Positions 45,102 through 55,258 of a stretch of 64,000 nt of DNA are shown here, one piece after another. Where the stretch lies: the NCBI GenBank assembly GCA_964391185.1, contig CAYMIX010000004.1, forward strand, positions 48,088 to 112,087, read 5' to 3'. The stretch's first letter is position 1. The number at the start of each line of letters is the position of its first letter. This DNA is from an uncultured Candidatus Peribacteria bacterium (GTDB lineage Bacteria > Patescibacteriota > Gracilibacteria > Peribacterales > Peribacteraceae). Below the pieces are notes generated by a model. It was not told the DNA's origin. It did no database searches and was given only the letters and a program-made list of their open reading frames with translations. Position numbers and translations under genes: made by a program.

Positions 45102-45225
45102 ATTACAGTATTAAGGGGTATGTAGTAAGGAGTACGGGATGCCCATAATACGTAATACATGACCCGTATCCCTGTTTTAGGTAAATACTTGCACTCGGAA
45201 CGAAATTGTATAGAATCTCCCCATT

Positions 45226-45420
45226 ATGCCACGCGGTAAGCGAACTGTTTTTGCCGGCTTCTGTGCTGAATGTGGTGCTCGTATTGCGACGATGCGCTTC
45301 CACAAACAGGACAAACAAGGTGTTTCTTGGAAGGAACACGTTGAAGGTATGCAGAAGTTCTGTGCAGACGATCGCAAGCTCGTTGCAGTGAAGTTTAAGG
45401 AAGAGAAGCATTCCAGCTAA
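45226..45420 (+). CDS. Small zinc-ribbon protein, possibly divergent ribosomal protein L33
   Basis: CAEC knuckle near the N-terminus and ..KFCADDRKLVAVKFKEEK tail reminiscent of L33 (..YC..C.KHT.HKE.K). Longer than typical and lacks the second CxxC. Confidence 0.35.
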   Translation: MPRGKRTVFAGFCAECGARIATMRFHKQDKQGVSWKEHVEGMQKFCADDRKLVAVKFKEEKHSS

Positions 45421-45440
45421 AAAGAAGTTATACTCGAACC

Positions 45441-45908
45441 GTGACCGATATGTATCGTCAGGCGGCATCGATGCTTTTGCTGAAACCCGAGAACGGGGGA
45501 GGCTATTCGATTCTGCTTTTGCATAAGCCACGAAAGAAAGATGCATGGCAGCTCCCACAAGGAGGTGTAGAAGGAAATGAAACGCCAGAAGAGTGTGCAG
45601 TTCGCGAGCTCCAGGAGGAAGCCGGCTTATCCGATGCGCGCGTTTTGGGACGGAGCGACACCATATACCAGTACGATTTCCCGACCTCGTATAGGAGATT
45701 TCGTCCGGACAACATCTGCGGACAGAAGATCTACTTTGTATTCGGTCTCGCGCCGCTTGGGAGTGATGTGCAGGTGGATAACAAAGAAGTCGATCAATTC
45801 CGTTGGTTGCCAGTCGAACAACTACCAAAGTTTCTCAAACGTAAAGAGTACTTAGATTTGGTGAAGCATTTGTACGACGAAGCACTGAAACTCGTAGAGA
45901 TGCAGTAA
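45441..45908 (+). CDS. NUDIX hydrolase (RppH-like)
   Basis: Nudix box GGVEGNETPEECAVRELQEEAGL. Confidence 0.85.
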   Translation: MTDMYRQAASMLLLKPENGGGYSILLLHKPRKKDAWQLPQGGVEGNETPEECAVRELQEEAGLSDARVLGRSDTIYQYDFPTSYRRFRPDNICGQKIYFVFGLAPLGSDVQVDNKEVDQFRWLPVEQLPKFLKRKEYLDLVKHLYDEALKLVEMQ

Positions 45909-45938
45909 CTGCTTACTGCTTATAGTCTGGAATGAGCT

Positions 45939-46847
45939 TTATTTTGCTATGACACCAGCCAAGACAACCGCTACTAAGCCGAAAATATATGCAGGCAAAA
46001 GAGGCTCCTGAAAAAACAAAGCTATAAGAAGTGCGGCGATCACTGGAGTAAGGAAGACAAAAGGTGCAACAAAAGAAGCTTTTCCATGTTTGAGTGCTTG
46101 AAGCCATAACACATAAGAAAGTCCGTTGATGAGCGCACCGTTAACAAGTATTGGAAGCCATGCCATGCCCTGAGGAATGGCAAAATGTGATGTCAGCAAC
46201 ATCGTGAATGCTGAGAATACAGTAGCTGAGATGAAAAAGTAGACTGTTGCGCTATATGCTTCATTGTTAGATTTTTTGCTCAAGACGGAAAAGAGGCCGA
46301 AGACGCTGGCCGCAATTAAGACAATGAAATCGGCGCCGAGGTTGCTGAATTCTAATGTTTTAATCCGTCCTTTGGTAAGAACGATAAGAACTCCCAAAAA
46401 TCCTAAAATGAGAGCAACAATAGTTCGTGCATTTGGGCGTTCTTTGAGGAATACAACTGAGAACAGTACAATGAATATTGGCCACGTATACTGCAAAGCA
46501 AGAACCTCGAGCCCCTGAGCATGGGCATAGCCGTGATAGAGCAAAAGGTAATAGAGAAACGTACCCAAGAATCCCAAGAAAAGGGCGTGCAGTATTCGTT
46601 TCGGTGAGTATGCTTTCATTGAAGAAATCTTCCCTGCAAAGACTGCGGCTAAAAACACAATCACTAATGAAAGTGCACTCGACCAAAAAAGAAATTGCAC
46701 ATTATCCAACGTGCTCTGTCCGAATTTTGAGACAACGGGAATAAACGCCCATAGTAAGATGCAACTAAGTGTGTAGCAGATCGCTTTCATCTTCGAATTT
46801 TTAGCCTCCATAAAGTTAGAATACCATGTTATGACACAAAGATTCAT
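45939..46847 (-). CDS. EamA/DMT-family transporter
   Basis: 10 TM helices in two EamA-like halves; start uncertain (Met at 46811 or 46790 possible). Confidence 0.75.
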   Translation of the reverse strand: MNLCVITWYSNFMEAKNSKMKAICYTLSCILLWAFIPVVSKFGQSTLDNVQFLFWSSALSLVIVFLAAVFAGKISSMKAYSPKRILHALFLGFLGTFLYYLLLYHGYAHAQGLEVLALQYTWPIFIVLFSVVFLKERPNARTIVALILGFLGVLIVLTKGRIKTLEFSNLGADFIVLIAASVFGLFSVLSKKSNNEAYSATVYFFISATVFSAFTMLLTSHFAIPQGMAWLPILVNGALINGLSYVLWLQALKHGKASFVAPFVFLTPVIAALLIALFFQEPLLPAYIFGLVAVVLAGVIAK

Positions 46848-46934
46848 GTCAGTTATAGGATCAATGGTGAGCCAGATGTTTTATGCTGGGGGCTTGCCTG
46901 TCCGTAGACAGGCTTTGAGCTATACTCTTTTTCT

Positions 46935-48050
46935 GTGCGAATCATTTCATTTTCCCTCGAGCAATTCCGCAACTATTCCGTACAAGCGGTTCATTTAACG
47001 GATGAAGATATCCAGTTGTTTGTCGGACGGAACGGAAGCGGCAAAACGAACTTACTCGAAGCGTTATCGATCCTTTCGATTACGCGTTCATGCCGCGGCA
47101 AAGACGATACTGATATGGTGCAGTGGGAAAAGGGTCACTACCGCATTCGTGCAGTTGTCCGGTCGGATAGTGGCGACGAGCATCGTCTCGAGGCGGTATG
47201 TGAGCTAAATCCTCGCAAGCGCAAAGCATTCTTTATCAATGACGTTCGCACACAACTTCCAGGATTCGTTGGGTTCCTTCCAAGCGTTGCGTTTTTGCCG
47301 CAGGATCTCGAACTCTTTAGTGGAGCACCTGCGGAACGTCGCAGATTTTTAGATCAACTACTGAGCCAGTTAAATGCAGATTATTTGGTGTACCTCTCGC
47401 ATTATCAAAAAATTCTGCACCAACGTAATGCGTTACTGAAGCGCATCAATGCCGGGGCAGATTCCCCAGATTCGTTAGACTTGTGGGATCGCGAACTTGC
47501 GATGCGTGCGTCGCATATCACACTCGCACGTCTTGAATTGATCGAAACATTGAATCTTTCGTTCCTGGAAGAACTGCAAAGTCTTGGAGAAACATGGACT
47601 GATGTACGTCTTCAATACGATCGCAAAACACAGAGTCGCATCGCTCCAGAGCTTGAAGCGGAACTGATGGCATTACTCAAGACGAATCGTGAACGTGATG
47701 TGATTGTGCAGTCGACAACAGTCGGTCCGCATCGTGATGATTGGCAGGTATTCCGCAATGGGCGAGCACTCCCAAGCTTTGCTTCACGCGGCCAAGAACG
47801 AGTCGCAGTGCTTGCGTTGCTACTCCTCGAAGTTTCCTATTTAGAATTGCGAAGAGGGGAGAAACCGGTGATCTTACTCGACGATGCGTTCTCTGAGCTC
47901 GATGATGAACATCAAGAAGCATTGCTCGATGGATTCCGTGGATATCAAGTGTTGATGACTGCTACGCGCGTGCCTCCCAATGCAAAGAATGCAACAGTGT
48001 TTCCGGTTACACCTGGAGTGGTCGGAGCTGTGGATTTAGTGACGCATTGA
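46935..48050 (+). CDS. recF: DNA replication/repair protein RecF
   Basis: GTG start, F.GRNGSGKTNLLEA Walker A, LLDD Walker B-like ILLDDAFSELD. Confidence 0.85.
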   Translation: MRIISFSLEQFRNYSVQAVHLTDEDIQLFVGRNGSGKTNLLEALSILSITRSCRGKDDTDMVQWEKGHYRIRAVVRSDSGDEHRLEAVCELNPRKRKAFFINDVRTQLPGFVGFLPSVAFLPQDLELFSGAPAERRRFLDQLLSQLNADYLVYLSHYQKILHQRNALLKRINAGADSPDSLDLWDRELAMRASHITLARLELIETLNLSFLEELQSLGETWTDVRLQYDRKTQSRIAPELEAELMALLKTNRERDVIVQSTTVGPHRDDWQVFRNGRALPSFASRGQERVAVLALLLLEVSYLELRRGEKPVILLDDAFSELDDEHQEALLDGFRGYQVLMTATRVPPNAKNATVFPVTPGVVGAVDLVTH

Positions 48051-48510
48051 GCGCTCCATACACTGCAAGCGCCAGTGCATCCGCAGCATCATCAGGTTTA
48101 GGTATTTGATCAAGCTTTAGCAAATGCACAAGCATTGTCTGCACCTGCAATTTATCTGCTGAACCATCACCGGTAATTCCTAGTTTCATTTGCAATGGCG
48201 TTGGTTCGATCATTGGGATCCCACGCTGTGCAACAGTGAGGACAATCACTCCGCGTGCGTGTGCGACATCGAGCGCAGTCTTTTCGTTTGTTGCGAAGAA
48301 GAGCTTTTCTATCACGACTAGCTCAGGTTTAAAATCATCGATAAATTCCGCGAGATCTTTTTGGATTTCCATCAGTCTATCCGAAAGGGGGAGTCCTGCT
48401 TTTGTCTGAATGGTCAGCCAATCAGGGTTTTTCATATCATGCGGACCATTCGCATCGATTGTTCCAATGCCGACGGTGGCCAAGCCTGGGTCTATTCCAA
48501 GGATGCGCAT
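48007..48510 (-). CDS. ruvC: Crossover junction endodeoxyribonuclease RuvC
   Basis: MRILGIDPGL, E at VIEKLFF, DAADALALA. Confidence 0.85.
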   Translation of the reverse strand: MRILGIDPGLATVGIGTIDANGPHDMKNPDWLTIQTKAGLPLSDRLMEIQKDLAEFIDDFKPELVVIEKLFFATNEKTALDVAHARGVIVLTVAQRGIPMIEPTPLQMKLGITGDGSADKLQVQTMLVHLLKLDQIPKPDDAADALALAVYGALNASLNPQLRPLQV

Positions 48511-48546
48511 AGATGGATTGTACTCGCCGTTGCCATCCTTCGCGAC

Positions 48547-48610
48547 GGCCGCAGTGTGTCATGGTGAGGGATTTTGCGCACAAAATTGTCGCAAGTCATC
48601 ACACTGCGGC
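48547..48610. repeat. 12-bp perfect inverted repeat ggccgcagtgtg ... cacactgcggcc enclosing a partial REP head
   Basis: Read directly in the ruvC upstream spacer. Confidence 0.5.
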
Positions 48611-48701
48611 CTCCTCAGGACGACACGGCTGGTAGTAGTCTATTGACATTCTACTAAATAGGTATGTATTACCGTACTCAAAACAGTGATTTTGGGCTAT
48701 A

Positions 48702-50153
48702 ATGAGAGGAAACATGCACAACAAGACACACATATCAAAAAGGCACCGTTGGACCATCGGAATTCCAGTGTTTTTGGCGTGTTTGGCGCTCAGTATGAGC
48801 GACGTTCTACTTCCAGCATCTGTGCTCACGCAGCCACCGTCCGTCATTCTTGAAGGAAGCGTCGTGCAGTCTGGTTCAGTTGTGACCATGCAAAAGGGAA
48901 CGGCTTCAATTACTGCACGTGACTTGGTAACTATTCACGCTGAAGATGTAACTATTTCTGCATGGCACGGAGCATTTGATATTTCTGCTGATGCACAAAA
49001 GCTCACGATTGCAGCTCTGACGACTCCGGTACTTCTCACTAAAGGTACACGGCAATGGATAATCCCAGCGTCGATGCAGGGAATTTTCCATATAGATCAG
49101 GAAATAACAGATGAACCATATACGTGGATAGATGATGTGCAGCTGTACCCAATGCCTGCGCATTATATGGAGGAACGTTTGCCTGTTGCACGGCGCATCA
49201 TGAGTGCGTTCAAGGGTGTATCTCTCAGTGAAACATCGCCATTGTTTGAGCTTCATAAAGCTCTAGTAGATGGTCACTTGGAACAAGCTCGCACATTGCT
49301 GATGCAGCCAGGAATGGAAATGAATTTGCGTACAGCCGATGAATCATTGCGTTCAGACATGTACGTGAATGCTCGTGCACTTGGACTAGAGAATGTCTTC
49401 CTCGCATTCTTGGCAGGGGATTCCAAAGACTTACAGATGCTCACACTCGCTCATCCGCTCACGCGCGCAGATGCGTGGGTTCTTCCACATGAGAATAATC
49501 TCACGGAGGTTCTGATGTTGATCCCGAGTGATCGCTTGGAAGATGCAGTCCCACAATTGGTTATTGACCAATGGGCTGCAGAACTCGCCCAGGCAATGGA
49601 CAATGCCGAAGACATGAATGTGTTCGCATCCGCAACGTTCCCGGCTTTCCACGAGATGATCGCAGCTCTTCGCGATGCTGGTTACCCACACAGGTCTAAG
49701 CAATATGCACAGGCGATTGTGAACGCATTGCACAAAGACATTCGCTCGCTCAATGACGATGCTCGTGCATCATTTGCATCCATCGAAACACTCGCTCACG
49801 GCGATGTGCCGGTTGCGGAAGAAGTCGTTCTTCCTGTTACTGAAACAGGTTCTGTATCAGCGAGCGAAACTGTCGATGTTGTCTCCATCAATATAAACGA
49901 AGCTGTTGCTACTCTCCGTGCAAACTTAGCCGGCTACGGCGCGATGTTTACGAGTAAGACACTTATCGCCCCAAACACCTCCGGACGCATCCAGGTCGAT
50001 GGCTTGGTCATTGCGACGGCTCATGGCGATACATTGCTGCGCTTCACATATAACCCAGCCTCCGACGAAGTTGAAAACATCGAACACGACGGCAAAATCC
50101 TTCCGTACAGTCTCAGCTTGGAGAAGTACGTGGAGTGGGTGAAGGGGAAATAA
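48702..50153 (+). CDS. Large secreted/anchored hypothetical protein
   Basis: N-terminal TM/signal IGIPVFLACLALS; no motif recognised. Confidence 0.55.
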   Translation: MRGNMHNKTHISKRHRWTIGIPVFLACLALSMSDVLLPASVLTQPPSVILEGSVVQSGSVVTMQKGTASITARDLVTIHAEDVTISAWHGAFDISADAQKLTIAALTTPVLLTKGTRQWIIPASMQGIFHIDQEITDEPYTWIDDVQLYPMPAHYMEERLPVARRIMSAFKGVSLSETSPLFELHKALVDGHLEQARTLLMQPGMEMNLRTADESLRSDMYVNARALGLENVFLAFLAGDSKDLQMLTLAHPLTRADAWVLPHENNLTEVLMLIPSDRLEDAVPQLVIDQWAAELAQAMDNAEDMNVFASATFPAFHEMIAALRDAGYPHRSKQYAQAIVNALHKDIRSLNDDARASFASIETLAHGDVPVAEEVVLPVTETGSVSASETVDVVSININEAVATLRANLAGYGAMFTSKTLIAPNTSGRIQVDGLVIATAHGDTLLRFTYNPASDEVENIEHDGKILPYSLSLEKYVEWVKGK

Positions 50154-50167
50154 GATATCATGCGCTC

Positions 50168-50947
50168 ATGTACTACGAGCAATCGCTTTCCGTTGAGTAC
50201 AAAGGCCAAACGTTTGATATTTCCTATGCTGAAGTGAAGCGCGGTGGAACGACCGTGATTTGTTTGCACGGGCTACAATCGAATAAAGAGATGTTTGCAC
50301 CGATGCAGGATTTGTTTGAGCGGAAGAAGTTTTCCACGATTGCCATCGACTTTATTGGCTTTGGGAAATCATCGAAGCCTTTGGACTTCTCGTATGACGT
50401 AGAAGATCAGGCGGGGATTATCGATAAAGTTTTTGAAAAACTACGTCTGCAGAAGTTCTGCATCTTGGGCCACAGCATGGGTGGAATGGTTGGCACCATG
50501 CTGCTGAAATCGTGGCGGAGTAGTCTGCTGGAATTTGTGAATATGGAAGGGAATTTTGTGCTGGAAGATTGTGGTGCGAGTTTGCCAGTATCGCAAATGT
50601 CCTTCGAAGAATTCTCGCAGAAGTGGTATCCAGAATTTCTCGCATCACTAGAAACATCTGCGGAGCCAGGTGCAAAAGATCGCAGGAAATGGCTTCGCTC
50701 TACGCCGGATTACGTGTTCTACAAAACGTCCAAGTCTATCGTCGATTGGTCACGCAGTGAGAAGTTACTTCCGATGTTTACCGAATCTCCCGTACAAAAA
50801 TCATTCTTCTACGGAGAGAAAAATGCGCGGAAGAGAGAAGTGCTCCCAGCATCCATTCCTACATCCAAAATTCCCAACGCAGGGCACTTTATGTTTGCGG
50901 ATAACCCAGAAGAGACATTGAGGGCAATTGATGATTTCCTGCTGTGA
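50168..50947 (+). CDS. Alpha/beta hydrolase
   Basis: Start moved to ATG 50168; VICLHGLQSN, GHSMGG. Confidence 0.8.
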   Translation: MYYEQSLSVEYKGQTFDISYAEVKRGGTTVICLHGLQSNKEMFAPMQDLFERKKFSTIAIDFIGFGKSSKPLDFSYDVEDQAGIIDKVFEKLRLQKFCILGHSMGGMVGTMLLKSWRSSLLEFVNMEGNFVLEDCGASLPVSQMSFEEFSQKWYPEFLASLETSAEPGAKDRRKWLRSTPDYVFYKTSKSIVDWSRSEKLLPMFTESPVQKSFFYGEKNARKREVLPASIPTSKIPNAGHFMFADNPEETLRAIDDFLL

Positions 50948-51173
50948 TAATGGTGGTGGGCGACTGCCGAGTAGATACTTACTGTTCCATATTCCTATAG
51001 TCCTAGAGAAAAAGATACATTTCGTGGATAACGGGCAGTTCAGGAAGGGCTATGAGAAAGTGGTGGTGAGGGAATTGGATGTGAGGTCGGACCAATGGAA
51101 GAACTCGGATGCAGAGGTATTAGCGCGATAGAGGAGATAGCAATATAAGCACGGAAGCCTATAATTGCATGTA

Positions 51174-53225
51174 ATGAAATATGTGAGAATATTCAAGGAA
51201 ATAGATAAACACCATGTTTTAGAAGCAGGGGGAAAGGGCGCGTCTCTTGGTGAGCTTTTGAAAGCTGGTATTCCAGTTCCAAAAGGATTTGTCATTACTT
51301 CAAGAGCCTTCGACATATTTATCAAAGAGTCTGCTTTAGACACAGAGATTGAAGCTGCTCTCGATAAAGTTGATACAAGAGAAATGCACACGGTGGAGAA
51401 TGCTTCGGAGAGGATTCACGCTCTCATTGAGAAAGAAGATTTGCCTGAAAACCTCAAGAAAGAGATTGCAGAGTCATTCAGAAAGCTTGGTACAAAGTAC
51501 GTTGCAGTTCGTTCGAGTGCGACGGCAGAAGACAGTGATATTGCTGCATGGGCAGGACAACTTGAAACATATCTGAATACGACGGAAAAAACGCTGATTG
51601 AGAAGGTAAAGAAGTGCTGGGCTTCACTATTCTCGCCAAGGGCCATCTTTTACCGCTTTGAGAAGGGATTTCATAAACAGAAAGTCTCAGTTGCCGTAGT
51701 CGTGCAGGCCATGATCGAAAGTGAAAAGTCTGGCATCGCTTTCTCGGTGCATCCTGTGACTCAAGATAAAAACCAACTCATCATCGAAGCAGGATTTGGT
51801 TTGGGTGAAGCAATCGTTTCAGGGTCCATTACGCCAGACAGTTATGTTATACGGAAAGATAACTGGAAGATCATTGATAGACAGATTCAGACACAAGCAC
51901 GCGGTCTCTATAGGGCTAAAAATGGCGGCAATGGATGGATAGCACTGCCTGTATCCAAAGGCAGAAAGCCCACGCTGTCAGATAGTGAAGCCATTACTCT
52001 TGCAAAGCTTGTTACAAAAATAGAAAAGCATCATGGCTTTCCTGTTGATGTTGAATGGGCAATGGCCGAAAAGAAGTTTTCCATTTTGCAGTCGAGGCCA
52101 ATCACAACATTGAATGAAAAAGTCCCTGTTGATATTTTCGATTCCTCAAGGAAGTGGGTTCCCTATCTGACACGTCCTTTCAATCTCTTCGGTGCTTCGC
52201 TATGGCAGTCATGGTATGACTCTGATCTCATCAAGAAGCTCCTCGGTATCTATTTTCCTTCTGCGTTATTCATTGAAGAGCATTTTAATGTTGTAAAGCT
52301 GTACCGTGAAGCTAACGATCTGTCTGCATTCAAATCTTCTATCAAAAATATTGTCACAAAGAAAGCATCGTATCTCCAATCAATCTTTGAGCATGGGTTT
52401 GAGCTTAACAATACAGCCTTAGCCTATATAAACGGCAAAAAGAAATGCGCTGATCTCAATGAGGCCGTGAGTTTTATGGTTGAACTCGCTCTCCATGCCA
52501 CGGTTATTCCGAACTTCGCATTACCTCTCATTGTGGAGATGAAGAAAGAATCAAAGCTGCAAAAGCTCGGCGAGGAACTACGGGGAAAATCTCATTATCC
52601 CAAGTTCATATCGCATATTCTTATGCCTTTAGCACAGAAAAAACTACGACAGCTAAAGTTTGCAGATGGAAAACGTGCAATCGAGTTAATCACGCTCCAA
52701 GAGTTACTTGCAGGAAATGTTCAGGAGCTTCCAAAGCGCATGAAGGCACGTTACAAGTTGGGACAACGATTCGTGTATCAGAAAACGGATAAGAGCGAGA
52801 TAGTGAGCTGGGTAGCAGACCCACTGTCACTCATTGCCGAATTAGAAGGCATTGATCTGGGAAGCAGCAAGGGTTTGAAGCAGTTGAAAGGACAGATTGC
52901 CTTCAAAGGAAAGGTGAAAGGTATCGCCAGAGTTATTCTGAGCGACAATACAAAGGGCGTCCGATTCGATATGGGTGATATTCTGGTTTCGATTCATTCC
53001 AGTCCTACCCTCATGCCATTGATTTTGCGCTGTGCGGCTATTGTCACTGATGAAGGTGGTATTTCCTGTCACGCAGCAATTGTTTCGCGTGAATTGAAGA
53101 AGCCATGTGTAATGAGTACCAAAATCGCAACATCGGTCATCAAAGACGGAGATTTGATTGAGGTGGATGCTGAACGAGGGATTGTTAGCATTCTAAAACC
53201 AAGGAGAAGCCATGCCGCTCGCTGA
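51174..53225 (+). CDS. PEP-utilizing-enzyme family phosphotransferase: PPDK_N ATP-grasp domain + unknown middle + C-terminal swivel phosphohistidine domain (no PEP/pyruvate TIM barrel)
   Basis: GGKGASLGEL, VAVRSSATAEDS, AAWAGQLETYLN, VEWA...ILQSRPIT; C-terminal VTDEGGISCHAAIVSRELKKPCV. Confidence 0.8.
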   Translation: MKYVRIFKEIDKHHVLEAGGKGASLGELLKAGIPVPKGFVITSRAFDIFIKESALDTEIEAALDKVDTREMHTVENASERIHALIEKEDLPENLKKEIAESFRKLGTKYVAVRSSATAEDSDIAAWAGQLETYLNTTEKTLIEKVKKCWASLFSPRAIFYRFEKGFHKQKVSVAVVVQAMIESEKSGIAFSVHPVTQDKNQLIIEAGFGLGEAIVSGSITPDSYVIRKDNWKIIDRQIQTQARGLYRAKNGGNGWIALPVSKGRKPTLSDSEAITLAKLVTKIEKHHGFPVDVEWAMAEKKFSILQSRPITTLNEKVPVDIFDSSRKWVPYLTRPFNLFGASLWQSWYDSDLIKKLLGIYFPSALFIEEHFNVVKLYREANDLSAFKSSIKNIVTKKASYLQSIFEHGFELNNTALAYINGKKKCADLNEAVSFMVELALHATVIPNFALPLIVEMKKESKLQKLGEELRGKSHYPKFISHILMPLAQKKLRQLKFADGKRAIELITLQELLAGNVQELPKRMKARYKLGQRFVYQKTDKSEIVSWVADPLSLIAELEGIDLGSSKGLKQLKGQIAFKGKVKGIARVILSDNTKGVRFDMGDILVSIHSSPTLMPLILRCAAIVTDEGGISCHAAIVSRELKKPCVMSTKIATSVIKDGDLIEVDAERGIVSILKPRRSHAAR

Positions 53226-54483
53226 AACATTCACGCCCGGCTTTCTCGCTTCTGTAGGCATTTCTCCTAAGCGTTTGGAATCAGCCATTGCAACGATTCG
53301 CTCAGTTTTCTCAGAGGAGTACTTAGAAAATTTGAAGAAGCTCTATAAAGGCGAAAAGGCGTATCAGGTTTTCAAGCACCCAATCTATAACGGAATGCTT
53401 ATGGGGGAAGTCAGTCTTGATACGCCAATCGTAATTGAGCTTGCAGCATGCTTGGAGAAACTAAAGGGCAAACCCAACCTCGCTGGCATTATTCAAAGAT
53501 TGAAGGACCTCGATGACTTCGACGATTATTTCTATCAGCTATCTACGGCATACAGATTGAGTTTTCTTGACCCAAATATCCAAATGGAACCTCTCATTAA
53601 ACAGAAGACGCCCGATAATGTGATCGAGTTTGGTGGAAAGAAATGTGCAATCGAATGCACTGTGATGTCGGGTTCTCATACATATGGAAAATTGGAAGAT
53701 GCAATGCACCGCGTGAAGTCAGTTGTCTTTTCACAAGCCGAAAAAAGCAACTATCCATGCAACATCCACCTTACTGCAACTCAGTTATCCATCGTCACTC
53801 CTGAGAATGTTGAAGCAATGAAGAATGCAATACGGGAGATGATTGAGAAGAAAAGCGCACCACAGGAAAGGGATTTAGGATTCTGCAAAATTGCGATCCT
53901 TCCACCACATCAGAGACCAGAAAAAGCGGAGATGGGAATGATGCAAACATGGACACCTCTAGCTGGTGCGCAGGAATTGCATTTAAGAGGAATTACCAAT
54001 GAAGAACAGAAATACACGGCAGGCTTTTTTGTGAGCATTAGCCCGATTCGCTCTTTGTTGATTAAAGAAGCTGAAGATAGAGTTTATGAGAAGATAGAGA
54101 GTAAAAGAGCACAGGTTAAAGTCTTGAAAGACGACCATGAAATCTTCTTATTCATTGATACAGATATAAGTGACAGGCAACTCGCTGAACGGGAAAAAGA
54201 GATAAGTCACGAGATCATTTCAAATTTTCTCGCTAAAGATGATCCTCTCTTTTCTCTCATCGTTCTGACAAACAGACCAAGAGGCAATCACAGTTTATTT
54301 GCGATTAATCGAATGATCTATGGTGAGAAAGGCATTGATCAGCAGTGGCTTGAGAAATTTTGGAAGGGCTATATGCAGCCCTCTGTAGACCACAATTTTT
54401 TTCTAAAAACTGTAGGTAGGAATGACCTTTGTCCCTGTGGAAGTGGAATGAAATTCAAGCGATGCCACGGGTATCATATTTAA
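53212..54483 (+). CDS. Unknown-function protein with C-terminal SEC-C metal-binding motif
   Basis: Terminal GRNDLCPCGSGMKFKRCHG; overlaps the upstream gene by 14 nt. Confidence 0.6.
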   Translation: MPLAETFTPGFLASVGISPKRLESAIATIRSVFSEEYLENLKKLYKGEKAYQVFKHPIYNGMLMGEVSLDTPIVIELAACLEKLKGKPNLAGIIQRLKDLDDFDDYFYQLSTAYRLSFLDPNIQMEPLIKQKTPDNVIEFGGKKCAIECTVMSGSHTYGKLEDAMHRVKSVVFSQAEKSNYPCNIHLTATQLSIVTPENVEAMKNAIREMIEKKSAPQERDLGFCKIAILPPHQRPEKAEMGMMQTWTPLAGAQELHLRGITNEEQKYTAGFFVSISPIRSLLIKEAEDRVYEKIESKRAQVKVLKDDHEIFLFIDTDISDRQLAEREKEISHEIISNFLAKDDPLFSLIVLTNRPRGNHSLFAINRMIYGEKGIDQQWLEKFWKGYMQPSVDHNFFLKTVGRNDLCPCGSGMKFKRCHGYHI

Positions 54484-54552
54484 TCGAACTCAAGCATTGT
54501 TGTGCAGAGTTGCACGTATTTCATTTCTAGTACGTGCTGTACAATGTTCCTT

Positions 54553-55014
54553 ATGCCAACAGGTAGAAACTCGAAGTACAGCACGCAGATACAAGCTGCG
54601 CTCTGTAAATGGCTCAAAAAGGGTTGTAGCTACAAAGATGCATGCGCCATGGAGGGAATCAGCTACGAAACCTTCCGCACGTGGGAGAAGGAGAAATCTG
54701 CGTTTTCTGTGGCCTTAAAAAAAGCGGAGGCCGAATGTAAGGCTGCACGTATTGCAACGATCCTCAAAGCCTCAGAGAAGAGCTGGCAGGCGGCCGCGTG
54801 GTGGCTAGAGAGGCGGTGCCCTGATGAGTATGGGCGCATGGTAAAGGAAGAGAAGCCAACAAACATCGTAACGATTGAAGAATTTGAAGAGGCGGCTCGT
54901 CAACAGGATGCAATGCGGTGCAAGACGATAGAGGAGGCACGAGCACGAAAATTGGAGAGAGAAGACAGGAGTGCTGTGATAAACTGTTCGTACATCATTC
55001 AACTTTCCTATTGA
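54553..55014 (+). CDS. Phage-type HTH DNA-binding protein (terminase-small-subunit-like / possible directionality factor)
   Basis: ..GCSYKDACAMEGISYETFRTWEKE.. HTH and WQAAAWWLERRCPDEYGR signature. Confidence 0.5.
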   Translation: MPTGRNSKYSTQIQAALCKWLKKGCSYKDACAMEGISYETFRTWEKEKSAFSVALKKAEAECKAARIATILKASEKSWQAAAWWLERRCPDEYGRMVKEEKPTNIVTIEEFEEAARQQDAMRCKTIEEARARKLEREDRSAVINCSYIIQLSY

Positions 55015-55258
55015 AGCCACACGTCCCTCGGGACGCGCGGGCGCGCTTTGCGATGTCCTCAGAAACCAGTCACAAACGGCAGAAGAGAAAGCGATGTCCT
55101 ACGGACCTCACGCTCTCCGTGCGTTACCCTGAAGAGAATCCACCGAATGCCCTTGAAGACATCACAAACGTGCTGGCATACACAGGCTTCTTTGATGGTA
55201 TAAAGCAACAATGACTACCTTTGTTTGAGTTCGATCTAAAAAGGGATAGAATCTCGGC

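Noticed and set aside
45103-45828. 241-aa minus-strand ORF
   Set aside because: It is antisense to the zinc-ribbon gene and to the NUDIX hydrolase, which has a perfect Nudix box. Its translation is low-complexity with no motifs.
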